DNA from: a virus
Lineage: Duplodnaviria; Heunggongvirae; Uroviricota; Caudoviricetes
DNA length: 15,651 nucleotides
Virus record (IMG/VR): IMGVR_UViG_3300037419_003079
Reading direction: 5' to 3' (one strand)
In this document: one piece after another, positions 1 to 8,308 of the stretch
How the letters are laid out: the number at the start of each line of letters is the position of its first letter
Position numbering within the stretch: position 1 is the first letter of the stretch
Program-made: the position numbers and the translations under genes
The notes under the pieces: generated by a model
What the model saw: only the letters and a program-made list of their open reading frames with translations
What the model was told of the DNA's origin: nothing
Database searches by the model: none

Positions 1-73
1 AGAAGATGTAAGCGTATGGTATATGTCAAATCAACCTTTTTATAATCCCTATGATTATAGAGCATTTAGTTAG
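1..73 (+). CDS. 3' end of an upstream gene (partial), probable LamG-like virion protein paralogous to 85..1326
   Basis: Frame starting at base 2 reads EDVSVWYMSNQPFYNPYDYRAFS-stop (TAG 71-73). This aligns with the C-terminus of the next ORF, EEVEGWYISRVPFYPKGIHRLAY (shared E-x-V-x-x-W-Y-x-S-x-x-P-F-Y-x5-R). The stop overlaps the AGGAGG RBS (72-77). Confidence 0.75.
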   Translation, partial: EDVSVWYMSNQPFYNPYDYRAFS

Positions 74-84
74 GAGGATATAAG

Positions 85-1326
85 ATGTCAAATACACATA
101 AAGGAAGTAGCCTGTGGCTAGAAGGAAAGATGGTAACAGCAGATAAAAATACATCTTTTCTAGCACACTATGATATTACCACTTCTGATGTATTGTACGG
201 TCTTCAACCAATTAATGATACTACTACAATAAGAAACATAGAAGGTAGGTTCGGTGGTGGGATAGCAGTAGAAGAAGGTACTACTAATTTGATAGAAACA
301 GTTGGCGGTGGAGCGTCACAAGATTGGACTAAATGGAGTCATTATTCTAATACTACATATTGGACTAATCCAAGTCAATACAGTGATAGTAATATGGGAA
401 TGGTTTTTAAGGGAACTCCAACAGGAAACACTGTCTTTCTATATGATTACTATCCTTATACATATACCAGTGGAGGAACATATATAAATTCAATATACCT
501 AAAGTCAAACTATAATTTGCCAAACCAAGTGCTTAGTTCATACCTAAATACCGGTGTAGGTGGTCAACACAATGTAGCTGATAGTGTGTCTTTTACTGGA
601 ATAAGCACTAGTTGGAAAAGATATGAGGCTACTCATGTAGCATATGAACAAGTAAATGCAAACGGTGGAGTTGGTTGGAATCTAGGTGTTATACCATCAG
701 GTTGTACTATATATGCCTCAATGCCACAACTAGAAAACAGAATAAGCCCAACATCTTTTGTAAAAGGAACTAGGGGGAGTGGTATTCTTAGATATAGTAA
801 AGAGCCAATAAATCCTAGTGAAGGAACTATATCCCTTTGGTTTTATACTGGTTCAAAATCACCTCAATCATATTCAAGGTTATTTCAAATAGGGGATTGG
901 ACTTCTGATGTATCTAGAGATAATCTAGAAATAAGATGGGGTTCAGGTTGGAATAATGCTGACAACATAGAGTTTGAGATTACACAAAAAGGAGTAGTAA
1001 GGCAAGGTCTAAACACTGGTGTAATTGGAATAACACCTTACACTTGGTATTACATAGCAGTTACTTGGAAAACTGGTGGAAAGATGTCTATGACACTTAT
1101 AAACAACACCACAGGTGTTAAGACATACAAAGAGGGAAATCTAACGAATAATCCTACATTTGCAAGCGAAGGTTTTTTTAGTGTAGGTAGTGGAAGTGGA
1201 CTAATAAATGGAATAATAGATGAATTAAGGATAGATAGGGTTCAAAGGTCGGCAGAAGAAGTAGAAGGTTGGTATATTTCTAGAGTTCCATTCTATCCAA
1301 AAGGTATTCATAGGCTAGCATACTGA
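85..1326 (+). CDS. Virion-associated protein: central carbohydrate-binding-like beta domain plus C-terminal LamG/ConA-like jelly-roll (tail or spike component)
   Basis: AGGAGG RBS at 72-77. AVEEGTTNL...PQLE...PTSF motifs bracket a Trp/Tyr-rich beta region. The C-terminal GTISLWFY...WYYIAVTW...GIIDELRI...RSAEEV pattern is typical of LamG-like domains. Confidence 0.75.
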   Translation: MSNTHKGSSLWLEGKMVTADKNTSFLAHYDITTSDVLYGLQPINDTTTIRNIEGRFGGGIAVEEGTTNLIETVGGGASQDWTKWSHYSNTTYWTNPSQYSDSNMGMVFKGTPTGNTVFLYDYYPYTYTSGGTYINSIYLKSNYNLPNQVLSSYLNTGVGGQHNVADSVSFTGISTSWKRYEATHVAYEQVNANGGVGWNLGVIPSGCTIYASMPQLENRISPTSFVKGTRGSGILRYSKEPINPSEGTISLWFYTGSKSPQSYSRLFQIGDWTSDVSRDNLEIRWGSGWNNADNIEFEITQKGVVRQGLNTGVIGITPYTWYYIAVTWKTGGKMSMTLINNTTGVKTYKEGNLTNNPTFASEGFFSVGSGSGLINGIIDELRIDRVQRSAEEVEGWYISRVPFYPKGIHRLAY

Positions 1327-1331
1327 CAAAT

Positions 1332-1359
1332 TTGCTAGTCTTTTTCTTAAATATATAAT
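1332..1359 (+). promoter_or_regulatory. Possible sigmaA-type promoter upstream of the tail fibre gene
   Basis: TTGCTA (1332-1337), 16-bp spacer, TATAAT (1354-1359), in a 107-bp intergenic gap. The -35 is imperfect and the region is AT-rich. Confidence 0.35.
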
Positions 1360-1433
1360 ATAACAATCGTCAGAAAGAGCATAGTACAAGCTACTAATAT
1401 AAGCTTATGTATAAGAGAAAAGGAGGTCGTTAA

Positions 1434-4400
1434 TTGATGATAGGTAAGAAGACCTTGTTATCGGCAACTAATTTAAACAACGCTTTCATATCAAAAACTG
1501 ATACGTCAGCACAAGCAGTTAATAGTAATCTAACTATTAGTGGTGGACAGTTGACACTTAAAAATTCTTTTTTATCTGATAATTCTAGTTCAGGGTATTT
1601 AAGAATAGACCCTCAGGGGAATAAATTAATAGTTTACGATGGAGTAAACAATCAAACTATGGAAGTCTACAGTTCAAGTGGTAGTGAAGCACTACAATTT
1701 CAAACTATAAACGGGACTCCATCTTACGGTTTAATAGATGTAACTTCAAGTGTAGACCATCTTAAAATGATGACCAACACAGGAAAGAAAGTAGTATTTG
1801 GAGGAAATATAGAGACAACTGGTAGTGTAATAGCTAACAATGGAACAGTTCAATCTAACAACCCAAACAACGCACTTGCTAATGTTACACTAAGTTGGCT
1901 AAGTGACAATCCTAGATTAAGAATAGGTGGTTCGGGAACTGGTTCGGCAGGAGTATTCAAAATCCAAGGCGTAGGTGACGCTGATAGAATGACCCTAGAT
2001 GGAAACGGTAATGCAGTATTCACTGGAAGTGTAACAGCAGGGTTGTCAGGATTTAAGTTTGTTGATAACGCTTTTGGTGGAACTGGTGATATTGCTAAGA
2101 TATATTTAGCTAATCCTAGTGGAGGAGAAAATCAAGAGTTAACTATAGAGGTAGGAAATGAATCTTCTGACACAGTTAACATTAAGACTCCTGCTACAAC
2201 AGGATTAAAACATAACGGAAACACAGTTTGGGACTCTGCTAATGATGGGTCAGGTTCAGGATTAGACGCTGACAAATTAGATGGTATAGAGAGTTCTCAG
2301 TTTTTAAGGTCTGATGTTGATGATACTGTTAATGCTGTTGTCACTATTTCAGGTTCTTCTGCAACGCCTCTGTTGTTGCAACGAGGTGGAACAAACAATG
2401 TTAATATGCAGTTGAAACTTGACACTGCTACTAAGTACTTTGGTATTGACGCTACTGGAAATCTTAAAATTGGTGATGTAGCAGATTTAAATGCAAGTGG
2501 TAATAAAATTTGGCACGAGGGAAATGATGGTGCAGGAAGTACGCTTGACGCTGATAAGTTAGATGGTCAAGATGGTACTTACTACTTAAACTGGAACAAC
2601 CTGACAAGTAAACCATCTACATTTGCCCCAAGTGCTCATACTCATAGTGGAGATACACTGAGTTTTGCAGAAAACACATTCTCGACATCTTTGGGATATG
2701 GTGGTCATGCAGACCCTATGACTAGATTATCTCAGTATCTAGGAATGACAGTAGCAAATGCAAATAATGGAGATATATTTAGATTTAGAAATGTTATATC
2801 TGTAGAGTATTGGAATGGCACTTCTTGGGTAGCTTGGTCAACTACTGGTTGGCAAAGTGCACTAGATGGTACTTCTATTGGAAGTTGGGATATAGGCTTA
2901 ACTCAGAAGAAATTTAGATTTGTAATGGATTTAGGAAGTACATATATGTACCCTGCTGTTATAGGTGTAAATCAAAAGTATAGTTCAGGAGAAAATACAT
3001 ACACATTAGAAGTAGAGAGAAGTGACGATAATGTTACTTATACTTCTTGGATAGCACCTACACAACAAAAATCCTTAGCTATGGCATTATTTATTCCACC
3101 TTCAAATTCAGTAATGAGTAGATATTTCAGATTCATATTTGATACAAATGCTGATGATACCAATGTGTTCTCTCTTGTCAACTTGTTTGGTATAACAAAT
3201 AGACGAGAATACACGGTAAATGGAACTGGTCTTCCTTTCTCTTGGAATTACTCTCAAAACCTAGGATTAGGCACTACCACTCCTGCTCAAAAACTAGATG
3301 TAGTTGGAGTTGTTCAAGCTAGTGGAAGATACATAACAAATACTGTTGGTGATGTGTTTCAAGCATTAGGAAGTACTGGCGACAAGGTATTTAGGTTTGA
3401 CAATGGAAAACTTAAATTCTACAACAATACTTATAACAACACTATGTTGACTCTAGACACTAACGGTAGAATAGGCATTGGTTCAGGTGGAACTACTCCT
3501 ACACATTCATTGCAGATAGCAGGAAGTGATACTCAAACTGGTGGTATAAGACTTAATAGCTTAACAATGGCTACATTAACAAACAAGCTTATTCTTCCTA
3601 ATCTAAATGAGTTAAGATTCGGGAGTACAGACACTTGGGATTACAATACTTGGGCAGGTATAAAATATGATACACCTAACTTAACAATGTATATAGGTGG
3701 ACCTGCGTCATCAAACTTCCAATCAAACTCAAACCCTGCTCTAATTAATACAATATTTGATGGAGTAGCAGGAGTAGGAATAAACAGAGCACCTAGAACA
3801 GGTATTAAATTCGATATATCAAGTGGTAATGTAGGGTTAGACAATGGATATAGTATTTATATAGGAAACAATGCTGATTCAGGAGATAGACTTAGATTAC
3901 ACCACTCAGCAGACAATGCTTATATTGACTATGGCTCAGGAAACCTATATGTAAGACGAAATACTACTAACTTCCTAACATTAACTCAAGGTGGAGATAT
4001 GACAGTAGCAGGGAATCAAACTGTAACTGGAACATTCACTTCTAATGGTTTAATCAGTTCTCCGGGAACAAATACTGCTGTCTACAAAATAGGCTCAGGC
4101 ACTCAATTATGGGACATCAATGTTTCTAATATAGCAGGTCTATATGGAGTGGCTAATTCTGCTGTAGGTGGATTAAAACTAGGTAGCACTGGTCCTACAC
4201 TATATGGAACAGGAAATACTCTAGGAGTAGGAACTACAACTCCTGATGTCACTATGATGTTAGATGTTAATGGTAATATTAAAATAGGCTCAGGAAACGG
4301 AATATATAGTGGATATAATAATGCCTTTATAGTTAATGACCACGGAAACGGAAATGTTACCTATAGTGGTGCAGGTGGAGATATATATCTAGGATACCAA

Positions 4401-5531
4401 AACACTGTTAAAACTAGGGTTAGTGCAAAGATAGTTGGTTCTAATGGTACTACAGATATAATTGGTACTGATGGAACTCTTTACTATAAAGGTATTAATA
4501 CTGACAGCACATACCTAAGATTAGATGGAACTGGAACAATGACAGGAAATCTTAATTTAGGAACTAAGCAGTTAAATGGTCAATATGGTACTATTTTAAG
4601 GTCTATAGACGAGTGGCTAAGAATTAACGACACAGGAGACCTGCATACTAGTGGGGTTTATTTCGGGAGTTCAGTAGTTCGTACAGATGGTGAACTTCAA
4701 GTGGGAACTTCGGGTGCATACTTTAAATCTAACAGTACTGATACAATATTAAATACAGCAATGACTATCGCAAACCCTAGTATTACAGGAAACAATCTTC
4801 AAGGTATGTATTTTAAGGTAGGTGGTGCAACTGGTCAAACATCAGGAGAAATAAGATTCAGAGAAAGTGATAACGGTTCTTACGGGTTCGCCATAGGATA
4901 TAATGGAAATGGAACTAGTTGGCACGCAGTAGCACCTGATAATGGATTCTACATAACTAGACATGAAAATGACACTACTGGTGCATTAGCATTAACTATA
5001 GATAGAACAACTGGTAGTACTGTTGCATATTCTCCTACTTTTACGATTAGAAATGTGTACGATTTAACACTAGGAAGAACTAGGTATTGGAATGGAGATG
5101 TATCAGGTGGTGACGCTATATACTCAAACTCCTCACTACATGTAGGTGCTAGTGGAACTATTGTTAACTGGTCTGAGACAGGTTCATTCAACTGGCGATT
5201 AGGATTACAGCCCGCACCAGTTAAAATGTCTCTTGATACCACTAGGTTAACAGTCTATGGTGGTCTAATGATTGACAATGTGACTGACACAGCAGGAACA
5301 GATTTAAATGGTTTCGTTATAAGAGATTCAAATGGAACTAAGGTAGTTATAGATAGTAATGAGGCATGGACTACAGATTCAACTAACACTAGGGGTAACT
5401 TCACTCTTAATACAGCAGGGCTATATATAAATGGTGGAAGTGGAGGTAGGCTAGTTCCTAGGGTATCTTATGGTACAGCCGCACCATCTACATCTAATGT
5501 AATGAATGGAGATATTTACATTCAATATTAA
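1434..5531 (+). CDS. Long mosaic tail fibre / receptor-binding protein (1365 aa; start TTG 1434 or ATG 1437)
   Basis: AGGAGG at 1421-1426. Gly/Thr/Asn/Ser-rich. Two W-x-x-x-NDG-x-GS-x-LDADKLDG fibre repeats, several GxGTTTP-x-x-x-LDV-type repeats, a YLRLDGTGTMTGNL motif, an internal discoidin-like domain and the terminal GTAAPS...GDIYIQY motif common in phage fibres. Confidence 0.85.
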   Translation: MMIGKKTLLSATNLNNAFISKTDTSAQAVNSNLTISGGQLTLKNSFLSDNSSSGYLRIDPQGNKLIVYDGVNNQTMEVYSSSGSEALQFQTINGTPSYGLIDVTSSVDHLKMMTNTGKKVVFGGNIETTGSVIANNGTVQSNNPNNALANVTLSWLSDNPRLRIGGSGTGSAGVFKIQGVGDADRMTLDGNGNAVFTGSVTAGLSGFKFVDNAFGGTGDIAKIYLANPSGGENQELTIEVGNESSDTVNIKTPATTGLKHNGNTVWDSANDGSGSGLDADKLDGIESSQFLRSDVDDTVNAVVTISGSSATPLLLQRGGTNNVNMQLKLDTATKYFGIDATGNLKIGDVADLNASGNKIWHEGNDGAGSTLDADKLDGQDGTYYLNWNNLTSKPSTFAPSAHTHSGDTLSFAENTFSTSLGYGGHADPMTRLSQYLGMTVANANNGDIFRFRNVISVEYWNGTSWVAWSTTGWQSALDGTSIGSWDIGLTQKKFRFVMDLGSTYMYPAVIGVNQKYSSGENTYTLEVERSDDNVTYTSWIAPTQQKSLAMALFIPPSNSVMSRYFRFIFDTNADDTNVFSLVNLFGITNRREYTVNGTGLPFSWNYSQNLGLGTTTPAQKLDVVGVVQASGRYITNTVGDVFQALGSTGDKVFRFDNGKLKFYNNTYNNTMLTLDTNGRIGIGSGGTTPTHSLQIAGSDTQTGGIRLNSLTMATLTNKLILPNLNELRFGSTDTWDYNTWAGIKYDTPNLTMYIGGPASSNFQSNSNPALINTIFDGVAGVGINRAPRTGIKFDISSGNVGLDNGYSIYIGNNADSGDRLRLHHSADNAYIDYGSGNLYVRRNTTNFLTLTQGGDMTVAGNQTVTGTFTSNGLISSPGTNTAVYKIGSGTQLWDINVSNIAGLYGVANSAVGGLKLGSTGPTLYGTGNTLGVGTTTPDVTMMLDVNGNIKIGSGNGIYSGYNNAFIVNDHGNGNVTYSGAGGDIYLGYQNTVKTRVSAKIVGSNGTTDIIGTDGTLYYKGINTDSTYLRLDGTGTMTGNLNLGTKQLNGQYGTILRSIDEWLRINDTGDLHTSGVYFGSSVVRTDGELQVGTSGAYFKSNSTDTILNTAMTIANPSITGNNLQGMYFKVGGATGQTSGEIRFRESDNGSYGFAIGYNGNGTSWHAVAPDNGFYITRHENDTTGALALTIDRTTGSTVAYSPTFTIRNVYDLTLGRTRYWNGDVSGGDAIYSNSSLHVGASGTIVNWSETGSFNWRLGLQPAPVKMSLDTTRLTVYGGLMIDNVTDTAGTDLNGFVIRDSNGTKVVIDSNEAWTTDSTNTRGNFTLNTAGLYINGGSGGRLVPRVSYGTAAPSTSNVMNGDIYIQY
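2265..2567 (+). repeat. Pair of 21-bp imperfect direct repeats encoding DADKLDG
   Basis: gacgctgacaaattagatggt (2265-2285) and gacgctgataagttagatggt (2547-2567), 282 bp (94 codons) apart. Confidence 0.85.
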
Positions 5532-5548
5532 GGAAAGGAGAATGATGT

Positions 5549-6079
5549 ATGGCAAGTGGAACAATAGTAGGACCAACTTTTAATACATACCATCACCTAG
5601 AAATAGATTGGACTTCCACTCCGAATGCGTCAAACAACACTTCTTCTGTTGTAGTAAAAATGTACTTAGTATCTACAAACAGTATCAACTATACATCACA
5701 AAAAACAGGAGAAACTACAGTAAATGGTGGAGTCTTAGGCTTCACCTCTGATGTAGACGTATCACACGGTTCATCAGGTGGAAAAACTCTTATATATACT
5801 CGTTCTGCTGTAACAGTAACTCATAACTCAGATGGAACTAAATCTATAGGCATAAGTGGTTGGTTTGAACCTGATGTTGTATTGAGTGGTTCTCAAACTG
5901 GAAGGTGGACTGTTAGTGGAACTGTTGCTCTTGACAATTTAAATACTGCACCTATAAAAGTGTGGAATGGAAGTGCGTGGCAAACAGCAAAAAATGTTTA
6001 TGTGTGGAATGGCTCAGGTTGGCAAGACGCAAAAGCAGTATATGTATGGAATGGTACTGCATGGCAAAAGGCGAAGTAA
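5549..6079 (+). CDS. Minor tail protein, DUF859-like N-terminal beta domain plus three Trp-rich C-terminal repeats
   Basis: AAGGAG RBS. IDWTSTPNASNNTSSVVVKMYL...VTVTHNSDGTKSI resembles siphovirus DUF859 N-terminal domains. Directly follows the fibre gene. Confidence 0.65.
   Translation: MASGTIVGPTFNTYHHLEIDWTSTPNASNNTSSVVVKMYLVSTNSINYTSQKTGETTVNGGVLGFTSDVDVSHGSSGGKTLIYTRSAVTVTHNSDGTKSIGISGWFEPDVVLSGSQTGRWTVSGTVALDNLNTAPIKVWNGSAWQTAKNVYVWNGSGWQDAKAVYVWNGTAWQKAK
5960..6076 (+). repeat. Three tandem 42-bp (14-aa) VWNGxxWQxAK repeats
   Basis: GTRTGGAATGG starts at 5960, 6002 and 6044, an exact 42-bp period: VWNGSAWQTAKNVY / VWNGSGWQDAKAVY / VWNGTAWQKAK. Confidence 0.9.
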
Positions 6080-6117
6080 TAATTTGGGGGGGATAACAAT
6101 AGAAAGAAGGTGATGTT

Positions 6118-6387
6118 GTGGGTATAGATGAAATTATAAAAGTAATTATGGAAGCTATTAAGCAATTTGGTTTCCCTATAGTTGTAGCAGGTTGGGCTTT
6201 ATGGAGGCTAGATAAGAATTGGGCTAAAGGAGACAATATACAAGCAAGATTAGACCAAATTGAGGAAGGACTTGATAGGATTGAGATGGGCATGAACAAG
6301 CAAGCAGACATACAACAAGAAATGCTATTAACGATAAAAATCCTGAATAGTATCATCACGCATAACAATGGTGGTGGGAACAAATGA
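6118..6387 (+). CDS. YvrJ-like small membrane protein, holin-like (one TM helix plus coiled-coil tail)
   Basis: GTG start with AAGGTG RBS. IKQFGFPIVVAGWALWRLD matches the YvrJ-family GFP-xxx-hydrophobic-R pattern. First gene of the lysis cluster. Confidence 0.65.
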   Translation: MGIDEIIKVIMEAIKQFGFPIVVAGWALWRLDKNWAKGDNIQARLDQIEEGLDRIEMGMNKQADIQQEMLLTIKILNSIITHNNGGGNK

Positions 6388-6605
6388 TGATAAATATTGT
6401 TTACATGCTAATGGGAGTGATTGTGGGGATTCTCCTTAAATACGAGATTGATTTAAAAGCCAAAAAGAAAAGATTAGAAAAGCGTTCCACATATTTAAAA
6501 GCAACTGCTGAACATTCAACATTACAACAGTATGATGAAATACTAGTTGGTCTTAGGGGTCTAAATGACAGCTTGAAAACACAACACAAGAAAGAGGTGC
6601 GTTAA
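6384..6605 (+). CDS. Small membrane protein (N-terminal TM helix, basic/helical tail), function unknown
   Basis: ATGA overlap with the previous stop suggests translational coupling. INIVYMLMGVIVGILL is hydrophobic and is followed by KAKKKRLEKR. Confidence 0.7.
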   Translation: MMINIVYMLMGVIVGILLKYEIDLKAKKKRLEKRSTYLKATAEHSTLQQYDEILVGLRGLNDSLKTQHKKEVR

Positions 6606-6607
6606 CC

Positions 6608-6922
6608 TTGTTACTAGTATTATTGGTGTATCTTGTTTCAGCTTTCTCTTGGGGTGCTATATGCTACCAATTAACAAAAGTGATAATTTCTACTACTAAA
6701 TATAAATATAGTAGACCTCCACTGTTAATTCCATTAGCTATAGCGTCACTTTCTCTATTTATAGAGAGTGTATACTTCGGATTTTCGTCTATATTCTTCT
6801 TAAATGGGAACATGGATTTATTTCTTGCTAGTTTAGAAACTGAAAACTGGTTTATAGTTAAATTTTTAATCGCTTTAAGTGGACTACTATTGTTGTTCAA
6901 CTTAAAAATCGAAAACAAATAA
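6608..6922 (+). CDS. Three-TM membrane protein (holin/antiholin candidate)
   Basis: TTG start with GAGGTG RBS. Three hydrophobic segments (LLVLLVYLVSAFSWGAI; LLIPLAIASLSLFIESVYFGF; WFIVKFLIALSGLLLLFNL). Lies immediately before the endolysin. Confidence 0.7.
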   Translation: MLLVLLVYLVSAFSWGAICYQLTKVIISTTKYKYSRPPLLIPLAIASLSLFIESVYFGFSSIFFLNGNMDLFLASLETENWFIVKFLIALSGLLLLFNLKIENK

Positions 6923-6934
6923 GGAGGAATTAAA

Positions 6935-8008
6935 ATGGTTCAAAAAGTAGATTCAAGTATTCTTAAATATGAGTTTATTGGATATAATCCACATTCAAGA
7001 CCTACATGGAAGTTAATAAATGTTAGGAAGTTAGTAATTCACTACACTGCTAATCCCGGTGCAAGTGCTAGAAACCATAAAAACTATTTTGCTAATTTAA
7101 GTGATAGAAGTGCTTCTGCTCATATATTTGTAGATTCAAAAGAGGCAATTTGTATTCTACCTCTAGATGAAGTAGCTTTCCATGCAAATGAAAAAAAATG
7201 TAGGATTCCTGAATTAAAAGGAAATATAAGAAAACCTAATGGTGAAATCTATTACGGTGACGCTAATGTTACAACTATTGGTATTGAATTGTGTATTGAA
7301 AAAGATGGTGAGTTCCATGAGGACACATTAAAAAATAGTGCACAAGTATTCGCTGACCTATGTAAAGCATTTAAGTTAGACCCAATCGAAGACATTGTTA
7401 GACACAATGATATTACTGGTAAGAACTGTCCTGCTCCTTTCGTAGAAAACACTAAGGACTACAATGACTTCAAAAAATCAGTCAAAGCACTTATTACACC
7501 AAAACAAACTGAAACAGCAGAAGTATATCGTGTTCGTAAATCATGGGAAGATGTTGCTAGCCAAATTGGTGCTTATAAAGACTTAGAAGGTGCTAGAGAA
7601 CTTGCTGATGAAAAAGCTAAAGAAGGTTACGAAGTATACAATAAAGATGGTAAAGTAGTTTACACTCCTAAGGTTGTAGCTGAAAAACCTGCTCCTGCTC
7701 CTGTTAAACCTCAACCAGTAGAGCCTAAGCCTAAACCAATTCCTGTTAAGCCTCAACCTAAACCTGCTCCTAAGCCAAAAGTAACATTGCCAAAAGGTGT
7801 GTTCAAGAAAGGTGATAAAGGTAATGCAGTAAAACAAATCCAAGAGGCTTTGAATGACCTTAACTTTAAATGTGGTAAGGTAGACGGAGTTTACGGAGAG
7901 GATACAGTTGACGCAATCAAACGATTCCAAAGCATGTATGTAAGTCCTGCTGATGGTGTTTACGGAGATAGAACTAGAGTTAAAATGGAACAACTATTAA
8001 ATAAGTAA
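6935..8008 (+). CDS. Endolysin: N-acetylmuramoyl-L-alanine amidase (Amidase_2, XlyA/CwlA-like) + YRVRKSW-type wall-binding module + Pro-rich linker + PG_binding_1 domain
   Basis: AGGAGG RBS. Zn-amidase motifs LVIHYT, SAHIFVD, AFHA, IGIELC, IVRHxDITGKNCP. YRVRKSWEDVASQIGAY module from about 7523. C-terminal KKGDKGNAVKQIQEAL...VDGVYG...AIKRFQ...DGVYG is a PG_binding_1 signature. Confidence 0.92.
   Translation: MVQKVDSSILKYEFIGYNPHSRPTWKLINVRKLVIHYTANPGASARNHKNYFANLSDRSASAHIFVDSKEAICILPLDEVAFHANEKKCRIPELKGNIRKPNGEIYYGDANVTTIGIELCIEKDGEFHEDTLKNSAQVFADLCKAFKLDPIEDIVRHNDITGKNCPAPFVENTKDYNDFKKSVKALITPKQTETAEVYRVRKSWEDVASQIGAYKDLEGARELADEKAKEGYEVYNKDGKVVYTPKVVAEKPAPAPVKPQPVEPKPKPIPVKPQPKPAPKPKVTLPKGVFKKGDKGNAVKQIQEALNDLNFKCGKVDGVYGEDTVDAIKRFQSMYVSPADGVYGDRTRVKMEQLLNK
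7688..7780 (+). repeat. Low-complexity Pro/Lys linker with a 17-bp duplication
   Basis: cctgttaaacctcaacc (7700-7716) and cctgttaagcctcaacc (7742-7758), encoding PVKPQP twice. Confidence 0.8.
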
Positions 8009-8026
8009 TAATAGGAGGAGATTGCA

Positions 8027-8308
8027 ATGGAACAAATCTTACAATATATAACTGAGAACAAAGAACTTTTTTCAGGAATAGTAGTTGTGGTTGCTAGTGT
8101 ACTTCTTGTGGGAAGAAAGAGAGCACTGAATTTCGTTCTTAGCCATCTAGGAACTGTTAAGCATGAAGTTCTTGAAAACATAGATGAAAATGCTCCTGCA
8201 CTTGCAAGGTATATCTATGCTAAACTACCAAAGACAGCTAAGTTGTTCGTTACTGCTAAAGTAATTGAAAAGCAAATTCACAAGTTTATTGCTACCCTTG
8301 ACAAATAA
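8027..8308 (+). CDS. Putative holin (single TM helix followed by a soluble helical domain)
   Basis: AGGAGG RBS. TM segment LFSGIVVVVASVLLVG, then YIYAKLPKTAKLFVTAKVIE, reminiscent of LL-H-type Firmicute phage holins. Directly after the endolysin. Confidence 0.55.
   Translation: MEQILQYITENKELFSGIVVVVASVLLVGRKRALNFVLSHLGTVKHEVLENIDENAPALARYIYAKLPKTAKLFVTAKVIEKQIHKFIATLDK

Noticed and set aside
302-487. Alternative-frame ORF inside 85..1326
   Set aside because: Short, nested in a well-supported gene, no RBS and no recognisable motifs.
3641-5242. Minus-strand ORFs 3641..3844 and 4949..5242
   Set aside because: Antisense shadows of the tail fibre gene; all supported genes are on the + strand.
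85-6079. Diversity-generating retroelement or invertible tail-fibre cassette
   Set aside because: No reverse transcriptase or recombinase in the window, no ~100-bp template/variable repeat pair with adenine-specific mismatches, and no inverted crossover sites noticed.
7500-7830. Internal in-frame restart producing a separate wall-binding fragment of the endolysin
   Set aside because: No properly spaced RBS plus in-frame start codon found at the domain boundaries.
5952-8181. Minus-strand ORFs across the tail and lysis genes (5952..6383, 6401..6589, 6664..6918, 7252..7452, 7583..7993, 7960..8181)
   Set aside because: They overlap RBS-supported + strand genes. The Arg/Phe/Leu pattern of 7583..7993 simply mirrors the Pro/Lys linker.
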